NCBI GenBank assembly: GCA_003522725.1
Contig: DPIG01000078.1
Location: 18,746 to 82,745, forward strand
Source of the DNA: Candidatus Omnitrophota bacterium
Lineage (GTDB): Bacteria > Omnitrophota > Gorgyraeia > Zapsychrales > Zapsychraceae
DNA length: 64,000 nt
Direction: 5' to 3'
Shown: positions 10,271 to 17,258 of the stretch, in pieces
Position numbering within the stretch: the first letter of the stretch is position 1
Layout: each line of letters begins with the position of its first letter
The notes under the pieces: generated by a model
What the model saw: only the letters and a program-made list of their open reading frames with translations
Database searches by the model: none
Told to the model about the DNA's origin: nothing
Program-made: the position numbers and the translations under genes

Positions 10271-11230
10271 CTAACTAGCATTACTGTCGGCCATTTTGGG
10301 AGTCTTAAGCGCCGCGGCGACGGTTGCTCCCTGCTCTTCAAGCACGGTCACCAGCAGGAACCCCGCGTTTTCCTGCCCCGGGGCCGCGCCCGCCTCCTGG
10401 CGAGGCACGCAGGCGGCGTCCAGCGCGAAAACGCCTTCGATCCCGGTCTGGAACTGTTCGTTGACGCGGATCTTGCCGTCGGTGGTGACCGCCGGATCGG
10501 TCAAGACCCTGAAATCGACCGGCGCGTCCGGGAAGATAATGATCTGCGCCGCCAATACCTTGCCCGATTTAAGCCGGATGGCCTTCACGTCCCCTTCACC
10601 CAATATTTCGGCGATCGGATTCGCGGCAACCACACGCAGTTTGTTTTCCTGTCTGGCCCCGGTCAGCTGGCCGGTCGTATCCGCGTTCAGCAAGTCCTGC
10701 GCGATTTGGTCGCTGGTGACCACCCAGATGACCTCCTTGTCCCTTTTCAGAAATGCCGAAGCGATCGATACCCCGCGTGGGGAATCCGACTGGACCACCA
10801 CCGCGTCGATCAATGGCAGAAAGTCGAGGATCTGGTCGAGCTCGGTCAATTGCTGGAGCGTGTAAACACCGTTTTTATTCACACCTTTGATCTCGGGCAG
10901 TTTGTACCCGGGCGCGTCGGTGATAATCAGGACGTCGCCTTCGAAGGCCTGCTTGTCATCGGTCGTGACCTTGCATTTTTTGAGGTTGATGCGCGCGATT
11001 TTCTTGCCCGTCACGACATTGACGCGGTTTTTCTCGTAGTAGTCGTTGGGTTTGTAAAATATCTTTTTGTAATCGACCTCTTTGGCCAAAACGGGCGCGA
11101 ACAAGCCGCGGTCATAGGGATATTCGCCGTCGGTCAAAATGGTCGTCTCGCAGTCGGGCGCGAAGCGCCGGATCTCCTCGATGGCCCTGACCCCCGCGAT
11201 GGAACTGCCCAGAACAAGTATCTTTTTCAT
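10271..11230 (-). CDS. FAD-dependent pyridine nucleotide-disulfide oxidoreductase-like protein (NirB/rubredoxin reductase-like, degenerate)
   Basis: MKKILVLGSSIAG, EYPYDR, GKIRVNEQFQTGIEGVFALD. Start trimmed to ATG 11230. Confidence 0.75.
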   Translation of the reverse strand: MKKILVLGSSIAGVRAIEEIRRFAPDCETTILTDGEYPYDRGLFAPVLAKEVDYKKIFYKPNDYYEKNRVNVVTGKKIARINLKKCKVTTDDKQAFEGDVLIITDAPGYKLPEIKGVNKNGVYTLQQLTELDQILDFLPLIDAVVVQSDSPRGVSIASAFLKRDKEVIWVVTSDQIAQDLLNADTTGQLTGARQENKLRVVAANPIAEILGEGDVKAIRLKSGKVLAAQIIIFPDAPVDFRVLTDPAVTTDGKIRVNEQFQTGIEGVFALDAACVPRQEAGAAPGQENAGFLLVTVLEEQGATVAAALKTPKMADSNAS

Positions 11231-11231
11231 A

Positions 11232-12107
11232 TTACCTCTTCGCCTCCTGCTGGACCTTGAACGCTTCAATACCGTTACGCATGAGCATGACGACGGTGAC
11301 CGGGCCCACCCCGCCGGGCACCGGCGTGATAAATGACGCCCTCCGGCCCGCTTTTTCAAATTCGATGTCGCCTGTGATTCCGGAGCCCACTTTATTGATC
11401 CCCACGTCAATGACAATGGCGCCTTCCTTGATCCAGTCCCCTTTGATGAGCCCCGCTTTCCCCACCGCGACGACCAGGACATCCGCGCTCCCCACGTGCT
11501 CGACGAGCCGTCCGGCCTGGCTGGTGGCCAGATGACACACGGTGACCGTGGCGTCCTGCGCGAGCAACAGCAAACTCAAAGGTTTGCCGACGATCTCGCT
11601 GTGGCCGACCACGACCGCTTCTTTCCCGCGCAGTTTGACGCCCGTGGAGCGGATAAGTTCCATGACCGCGGCAGGGGTGCAGGGGATGATGCGCGTTTGG
11701 CCCAGCATCATCTTGCCGATATTGGTGACGTTGATGCCTTCGAGGTCCTTGGACGGGGCCACATAGTTGGCCACGGCGCGGTAATCGATCTGGTCGGGCA
11801 CGGGTTTGTGGATCATGATGCCGTGCACGCCGGAATCGCTATCGAGTTCCTTGATGACGCTGATCAGTTTGGCCTGGGTCGTGTCCCCCGAAAGGATCTT
11901 CAGTTCATATTTGATGCCGATATATTCGGCCGTCTTTTTCTGGGAATTGGCGTAGGCGCAGGAACCTGGGTCGGAGCCCACCATCACGTTGACCAGGTGC
12001 GGCACGCCGCCAAAGGTTTCTTTGAGCCGCGCCACTTCCTTTTTGAGCTCGTCCTTGAGCTTTTTGGCCAGGGCCGTACCGTCAAGGATGTGCGCGGTGG
12101 CGTTCAT
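11232..12107 (-). CDS. folD: Methylenetetrahydrofolate dehydrogenase/cyclohydrolase
   Basis: ILDG, PCTP, GHSEIVGKP, IDVGIN, ITPVPGGVGP. Confidence 0.96.
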   Translation of the reverse strand: MNATAHILDGTALAKKLKDELKKEVARLKETFGGVPHLVNVMVGSDPGSCAYANSQKKTAEYIGIKYELKILSGDTTQAKLISVIKELDSDSGVHGIMIHKPVPDQIDYRAVANYVAPSKDLEGINVTNIGKMMLGQTRIIPCTPAAVMELIRSTGVKLRGKEAVVVGHSEIVGKPLSLLLLAQDATVTVCHLATSQAGRLVEHVGSADVLVVAVGKAGLIKGDWIKEGAIVIDVGINKVGSGITGDIEFEKAGRRASFITPVPGGVGPVTVVMLMRNGIEAFKVQQEAKR

Positions 12108-12589
12108 TGGTTGATCTCCACGTTGAGCTTCGCCGAATTAAACGCGGCGAGCAAAAGTTCCAGCGCGACCTTCACGTCCGAAACAAGATATTTGTTGCCG
12201 TAGCGAACTAACGTCGGCGCCAATTGCACGGCTTTGTAACATAGTTTGCATGCTTCCAGAGGGACTTCCCTTGCCTTGCGCCGGGCCGCGTTACGCTTCG
12301 CGGGCGCGGCCTTGCGCGTTTTGACAACGTTCAAATACGCCCGCGCGTCCAGGTCAACGAGCGCCAAAAAACGTTTGCGCAATCGCTCGCTCGTCTTGAG
12401 ACTTGCCTTTATCTTTTGTTCATTGGCACGCGATGAGGTCTTACCGAGCGAATAATTCGCGACCATGGACAGAAGCGCCGCCCCAAGCGCCGCCGTCACC
12501 GCCGCCGCCGACCCACCCCCCGGCGCGGGGACCTTGAGCGAGAGCACGCGCGTGTATTCACTTAAACTGTAATTTCGAAAGGGTTTCAT
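12104..12589 (-). CDS. Formiminotransferase-cyclodeaminase C-terminal family protein (cyclodeaminase/cyclohydrolase)
   Basis: PAPGGGSAAA, DLDARAY, VPL, GNKYLVSD, NVEIN; overlaps folD. Confidence 0.88.
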   Translation of the reverse strand: MKPFRNYSLSEYTRVLSLKVPAPGGGSAAAVTAALGAALLSMVANYSLGKTSSRANEQKIKASLKTSERLRKRFLALVDLDARAYLNVVKTRKAAPAKRNAARRKAREVPLEACKLCYKAVQLAPTLVRYGNKYLVSDVKVALELLLAAFNSAKLNVEINQ

Positions 12590-12598
12590 GGCTGTAAG

Positions 12599-12676
12599 GT
12601 TATCCGATTGTCCGGAAATCCGTGACTGGGTAATCCGGATACCCGGGTATCCGGTTCCTCGGATCCCCGGAACCTG
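12599..12676. repeat. Degenerate 8-nt tandem repeats centred on a 20-bp perfect palindrome
   Basis: GGTTATCC GATTGTCC GGAAATCC ... CCGGATACCCGGGTATCCGG (12635-12654) ... GGATCCCC GGAACCTG. Confidence 0.7.
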
Positions 12677-12716
12677 TCAATTTTCACATGCGCTCATCAT
12701 ATCCTAAACACGACGG

Positions 12717-13487
12717 TTATTCAACTTCAAAGGCGTTTTTATCGTGTATCTTTTTCTTCCGAGATTCCCATGTTTGAAAAAGGAATGTAGCCATCGTCCC
12801 GGAAAGATTAACTGCAAGTTCCGCATGCCGTGGTGCTGGCCGGCTCCCTGATACCCCTTTGCCATGCGCATCACTATGTCGGTTTCGTAAAGCGCCTAAT
12901 CCTTCAACGACACTCTGGCAACCACCCAATATCTGTTTAAAAATTTGCTCTGTATGTTGGCTCGGTGAAAGATTAAGCTGTCTGACGGTCAAAGTGTAAA
13001 GTTTGGGGAGGTCGACATCATTGCTATATGTTATGCCTGACTCATCAAGTATATGCTTGCATGCAGATTCAAGCAGCGTGCGAGCTGTTGTAATCGCACC
13101 CTCAGGGTCAGCAGCTCTGCGTTCTAATGCTTTTTGCCAAATTTCTTGAATGTAGGTTGAATCCAAAGTCTGCACAGTTGCGGAAATTGAAGCGTCGCTT
13201 GGCGTGCGTGAATCGGTTTCTAGTGTAGTCAGGAGCGGATCAAACTCTTGCTGTAAGTACCCTCTTCGTTGAGCATAGGTTGCGAATTTCGGCTGAATGA
13301 AACTCCAGAATTCAGAAAGGTTGCGACATGTGTGGACAAAACGAGGTAGTAGCTTTGCAATACGCGGAGATGTAATAAGTTCACGACGTAAATTTTTGTA
13401 TTCCAAGTCGTCACCGTTACCACCGGTCGCATGTGAAACTAGCATTATCTTCAGTGATTCAACTTGATTAATTTTTTCTTCATTCAT
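12717..13487 (-). CDS. Abortive infection family protein (Abi C-terminal, HEPN-like; AbiJ-like)
   Basis: DPEGAITTARTLLESACKHIL and the HEPN-type motif LRNRHSDAHG; visibly more AT-rich than the flanks. Confidence 0.8.
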   Translation of the reverse strand: MNEEKINQVESLKIMLVSHATGGNGDDLEYKNLRRELITSPRIAKLLPRFVHTCRNLSEFWSFIQPKFATYAQRRGYLQQEFDPLLTTLETDSRTPSDASISATVQTLDSTYIQEIWQKALERRAADPEGAITTARTLLESACKHILDESGITYSNDVDLPKLYTLTVRQLNLSPSQHTEQIFKQILGGCQSVVEGLGALRNRHSDAHGKGVSGSRPAPRHAELAVNLSGTMATFLFQTWESRKKKIHDKNAFEVE

Positions 13488-13491
13488 GTCG

Positions 13492-13735
13492 TATTATTCC
13501 GCGTTATTTCGGGCGTCTTTGTATTATTCCGGGGACGCGTACTCTCTCTGCGTTATTCCGGCGTTATTCCGCAGGTTATTCCGAGGTTATTCCGGGGCCA
13601 CATGACGTAACCTTAATTATTGCCGATTGTGTGTCTTTGCAGACGCTTTAGCTAAGTTCCTGGCTTTGCGTTAATTATAAAACAAATCTTTCACTTCGTG
13701 TTGAGTATTTCGGCCCCGCTGTAAGTGGCCCCCGG
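13492..13735. repeat. About 7 degenerate TTATTCCG repeats plus a GGGGCCAC...GTGGCCCC inverted repeat
   Basis: TTATTCCG-like units from 13492 to 13594; IR arms at 13594-13601 and 13725-13732. Confidence 0.8.
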
Positions 13736-13770
13736 GCCGCTTTTTGAATTCGTGATTTTAACATAATTTG

Positions 13771-13794
13771 AATTCTCGCCGTTCGGCAAGAATT
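13771..13794 (-). terminator. Hairpin downstream of the RelE-like remnant
   Basis: Minus strand AATTCTTGCC-GAAC-GGCGAGAATT with one G-U pair; weak U-tract. Confidence 0.35.
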
Positions 13795-13806
13795 GACTTT
13801 ACAGCT

Positions 13807-14028
13807 TTAACGATAGCTGGCGTGTGTGCCGATATCGTAATAAATCACCTCGTGGGCGTTGATGAAACGAAACAGCACACGGTACTCCCGATTAATGGAA
13901 TACGCCCAATAGTCTTTCAGCGGTCCCTTAAGCTTGTGCGTTCGCAGGGGCGGTGTAAAAGCGTTGTCCCGGAATAACTGGTCTTTCTTGATGGCCAGGT
14001 CTTGAATATGTGTTGGGAGTTTCTGCAC
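13807..14028 (-). pseudogene. RelE/StbE/YafQ-family mRNA interferase toxin, N-terminally truncated or frameshifted
   Basis: LRTHKLKGPLKDYWAYSINREYRVLFRF...YYDIGTH. The expected first beta-strand is missing and there is no cognate antitoxin. Confidence 0.65.
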
Positions 14029-14075
14029 AATTTGAACTCCCGATAGTCAGCGGAAATCTGGATTTCTAAGGTCTT

Positions 14076-14327
14076 CTAATAGACATCTTTACGATGGCCG
14101 ACGTGCAGAATGACCACCTTTTTATCCCGGTCATGGATATCGTAAATAACGCGGTAACGCCCGACACGGATCCTCCAGCCGGGACGGGCGATCAGCTTCT
14201 TGCTGCCGTGAGGGCGCGGGCTGGAAGAAAGTTTTTCGATATGCTGGCATACACGCTGATAATCAACGGCAGGCAGTCCGGCGAGCTCTTTTTGCGCGCG
14301 GCGAAGGATAAAAACGCTGTAGTTCAT
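14076..14327 (-). CDS. RelE/ParE-family toxin
   Basis: AQKEL...PRPHGSKKL...WRIRVGRYRVIYDI...VGHRKDVY. Confidence 0.9.
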   Translation of the reverse strand: MNYSVFILRRAQKELAGLPAVDYQRVCQHIEKLSSSPRPHGSKKLIARPGWRIRVGRYRVIYDIHDRDKKVVILHVGHRKDVY

Positions 14328-14527
14328 TTGCGGGAGCGTTCAATTTCTTTTCTGGCTTGGGCGAACGGGATGGATTCCTCGCCGGACGCCTTGGCCGCGT
14401 CATAAGCTCGGATGGACTCGAGCTCTTCAGCCTGCCTGATGAGTCGGCGATATTCCCTGTTGGTCAGGACGACCCCCACCTGGCGGCCATGGGAATCAAC
14501 AACATGATTCTCTTTTATTTTAATCAT
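14324..14527 (-). CDS. Antitoxin cognate to the downstream RelE
   Basis: 67 aa, VVL...EY...EELESIRAYDAAKASGEESIPF; AGGAG RBS; ATGA overlap with the toxin. Confidence 0.8.
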   Translation of the reverse strand: MIKIKENHVVDSHGRQVGVVLTNREYRRLIRQAEELESIRAYDAAKASGEESIPFAQARKEIERSRK

Positions 14528-14636
14528 GGGCACTCCTTTTTTCAAAAGTTTCAAAGGTCATCCCTTTGGTGAATGACTCGACTTTTTCAATGGCATCGAC
14601 AATATCGGCGACATAATCCCGGTATTGACGGATCAT
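14520..14636 (-). pseudogene. HEPN (DUF86/HepT) toxin remnant, N-terminal 38 aa only
   Basis: Manual translation MIRQYRDYVADIVDAIEKVESFTKGMTFETFEKRSAHD*; ATGA overlap with the MNT gene; stops within the antitoxin start. Confidence 0.75.
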
Positions 14637-14926
14637 ACGTAAACAACCTCACGCATGATGTATTTACCGATAGTAGGCTTTAACGAACCTTTCATGACGA
14701 GATCAACGCGTTTTTTCAATATGGCGCTAAGGCGGTTTTCCGTCCGGACATAATCGAAAAGGCCGGGGGTCTGGCTGAATTCAACGAGGATGTCGACGTC
14801 ACTGTTCTTTTTTTGCTTTCCACGCACGTAGGAACCAAAGACACCCAGCATCTTGACCTTGAATTGTCGCTTCAGGGCGGATTTGTTCTGTTTTAAAACT
14901 TGTTTGATTTTATCCAGTTCGCTCAT
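14633..14926 (-). CDS. Minimal nucleotidyltransferase (MntA-type antitoxin)
   Basis: GVFGSYVRG...SDVDILVEF...RVDLV; 97 aa. Confidence 0.9.
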   Translation of the reverse strand: MSELDKIKQVLKQNKSALKRQFKVKMLGVFGSYVRGKQKKNSDVDILVEFSQTPGLFDYVRTENRLSAILKKRVDLVMKGSLKPTIGKYIMREVVYV

Positions 14927-14932
14927 AGTCAA

Positions 14933-14941
14933 AGTATATCA
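14933..14941 (-). promoter_or_regulatory. Extended -10 promoter (TGnTATACT), probably producing a leaderless MNT mRNA
   Basis: TGATATACT followed by 6 nt and then ATG 14926; no SD sequence. Confidence 0.45.
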
Positions 14942-14991
14942 TAATTATCTGCCTGCCGATGAAAGCATTTTTACGTTTTTCGGGCTGTTTT

Positions 14992-15054
14992 TGGTTATTC
15001 CGTGGTTATTCCGGGACACAATACTTAACTCACAGCAATTAAGTATCGTGTCCC
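14992..15054. repeat. (TGGTTATTCCG)x2 plus a 16-bp inverted repeat (REP-like element)
   Basis: GGGACACAATACTTAA (15013-15028) / TTAAGTATCGTGTCCC (15039-15054), one mismatch that is G-T on the minus strand. Confidence 0.85.
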
Positions 15055-16295
15055 TCTTGCGGGAGCCATTTCGGCCCGTTCATGACGCGCGCGACGAGCA
15101 TGCCGCTGACGTTATCGCCCACCACGTTGACCATGGTCGCCGGCGGGTCAACGAGCGTGCCCACCATGGTGATAATGGGCATGGCCTCGATGGGAAAACC
15201 AAAGAGCGTGATGATCAAAAGCTCCCCCAGCATACCGCCGGAAGGGATGCCGCTGATGACCGTGCCGCATAAAAGGGCCACGGCCACAACCGAGACCAGC
15301 GTTTCAACGCCGGAAAAGGGCATGCCGAAGATCCCGAACAATAACGCCATCTTCACGACCGCGGCCAGGCTCGAGCCGTCGCTGTGCACCGAGGCGCCGA
15401 TATTGACCACGACCTCCCGCACGTCTTCGGGGATGCCGATTCTTTTCGCGGCCTCAAGGTTGACCGGCAAGGTCGCCAGCCCGCTCCCCGTCCCCCACGC
15501 GGTCACCGCGGCCGGAAGGATATTGGACCAAAGGAGCCGGATGCCCCGGACCCCTCCCGCCAGCCACGCGTAGAAAGAAAATCCGATAAAAAAATACGCC
15601 AGCGCCAGGGGATAATAGAGCGCGATCACACGGACATACGACCCTAAAAGCTGCGGGCCGAAGACGCCGACCAGATACGCGAAGTACGCGCCCAGGCCGA
15701 CGGGCGCGTAGAGCATGACGTAGCCGATGGCCCTGGTCATCACGTCGTTGCCCGCCGCGAGAAATTGCGCGAAGGGTTTCCCCCTCGCCCCAACGGCCGA
15801 GGCCGCCAGCCCGATCAGGAACGCGAACAGGATCAGGGCGAACATGTTCTGTTTGGAGAATAATTCCGTAAAGTCCGTGACCGTGAGGGTGCGCACGATC
15901 TGCTCGCCGATATCGACCTTTTCGGCCTGGACGGGCTGGTTGAAAGCGATCCGGATGCCTTCCGCGGGCGGATAGAACTTGACACCGACGATCATCACGG
16001 CCGCGGCAATGATCCCGGTCACCACAAATATCAGGACCATCCACCCCATGATCTTGCCCAGGCGTTTGACGTCCGTCATTTGGGCCACGGTCGAGGAAAT
16101 GGCGAAGAAGACCAGCGGTACGACGATCGTGAACAACAGATTAAGGAAGATGTCCCCCAGAGGCTTGAGGACGGCGGCGTTCGATTTCATCAGCGCGCCG
16201 ACCAACGAGCCGACGGCGATGGATGCGATAAGAAGAATCGAGAAACGATAGGATTTCAGAAAGGTTGGTTTATTATTCATACGTATGGCCGCCAT
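15039..16295 (-). CDS. Dicarboxylate/amino acid:cation symporter (DAACS family)
   Basis: PLGDIFLNLL, YAPVG, TGSGLATLP, GASVHSDG, DPPATMVNVVGD. Start may be 16280. Confidence 0.9.
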   Translation of the reverse strand: MAAIRMNNKPTFLKSYRFSILLIASIAVGSLVGALMKSNAAVLKPLGDIFLNLLFTIVVPLVFFAISSTVAQMTDVKRLGKIMGWMVLIFVVTGIIAAAVMIVGVKFYPPAEGIRIAFNQPVQAEKVDIGEQIVRTLTVTDFTELFSKQNMFALILFAFLIGLAASAVGARGKPFAQFLAAGNDVMTRAIGYVMLYAPVGLGAYFAYLVGVFGPQLLGSYVRVIALYYPLALAYFFIGFSFYAWLAGGVRGIRLLWSNILPAAVTAWGTGSGLATLPVNLEAAKRIGIPEDVREVVVNIGASVHSDGSSLAAVVKMALLFGIFGMPFSGVETLVSVVAVALLCGTVISGIPSGGMLGELLIITLFGFPIEAMPIITMVGTLVDPPATMVNVVGDNVSGMLVARVMNGPKWLPQEGHDT

Positions 16296-16304
16296 TGGAT
16301 AATA

Positions 16305-17237
16305 TCAGGATTTTGCATAGACCGGCAACAAAAATGACGAAAAGTAATCTATCCCCGGGGTCCGGGCCTTTATTTCCAGTTCCCAATACTTCGCCGGTCG
16401 GCAGCTCAGACAGGAATTGTACCGGGACTCCTGGGGAAGCGAAAAAGCCAGGGGCCACTGGGCCGCTTGCTGCTCAAAAGCCGTCAGGTTACTTAAGGTC
16501 AACGTGTCCGCGTAAAGCTGGTAGGAAACGACCACGGACTTTCTGTTCTTGCCGCTGCCGCGCGTCTCATATTTTTCTTCAATATGACGCAAGGTCACCG
16601 TCATCTCTTTTAATCCCGCGACCGGCTTGTTCGTGCGCAAGATGACCTTTAGGTCTTCCCCCAGGAAAAACGGACAATGCTGGAATTCGAGCGAGCTCAC
16701 CCCATATTTCAAAAGGGCCAAGACGAGGTATATCCAATACGCCCAGGCGGTCACAATGATGACATCGAAGAAGCCGATAAATAATTGAAAAATTCCGTCG
16801 GGATGTTTGACAAAGAACATCCAGTTAAACGGCGCGATGAATACCATAAAGCCCAAATTGGCATAAAGGCCGGCTTTGACTTTTTGCCATGAGTCCGCCT
16901 TGATCCCTTGCGGGTCCCAGGGATAATCAGCGCGCCATTTTTCCGCGGGGTATTGCTGGTTTAAAAGCGCGGTTTTTCTTTTTTCACTTAAGCTAAGCAA
17001 GCCATGTATCAGCGTCAAGAGGCCTGCCAGCGCGAAGAGCCCACCGAAGCCGGCGGCCACCTCACGCGCGGCATGGAAACTTGAATCTTTGACCGGGATC
17101 ACGTCCAAAGAAATGAGGATTATAAATGTTCCCACGCCGATAAACGGCAGGCTGAAAAAGACCGCCGGCCAGCCCTCAACGGTCGTGCGGCTGATGGTGG
17201 AATGTCCCCGGAGCTCTTTGCGTTGAAGGTCGGTCAT
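16305..17237 (-). CDS. Hypothetical membrane protein (about 4 TM segments plus a soluble beta-rich C-terminus)
   Basis: Co-oriented ORF with hydrophobic segments; no family recognised. Confidence 0.7.
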   Translation of the reverse strand: MTDLQRKELRGHSTISRTTVEGWPAVFFSLPFIGVGTFIILISLDVIPVKDSSFHAAREVAAGFGGLFALAGLLTLIHGLLSLSEKRKTALLNQQYPAEKWRADYPWDPQGIKADSWQKVKAGLYANLGFMVFIAPFNWMFFVKHPDGIFQLFIGFFDVIIVTAWAYWIYLVLALLKYGVSSLEFQHCPFFLGEDLKVILRTNKPVAGLKEMTVTLRHIEEKYETRGSGKNRKSVVVSYQLYADTLTLSNLTAFEQQAAQWPLAFSLPQESRYNSCLSCRPAKYWELEIKARTPGIDYFSSFLLPVYAKS

Positions 17238-17258
17238 GATTTATTTATCGTACCCTCT

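Noticed and set aside
13492-13610. CRISPR array
   Set aside because: The repeats are only about 8-11 nt with spacers mostly of a few nt, and there are no cas genes.
12717-15054. Classical integron with attC sites
   Set aside because: No intI, and the elements do not fit RYYYAAC...GTTRRRY with L boxes. Only the general logic is similar.
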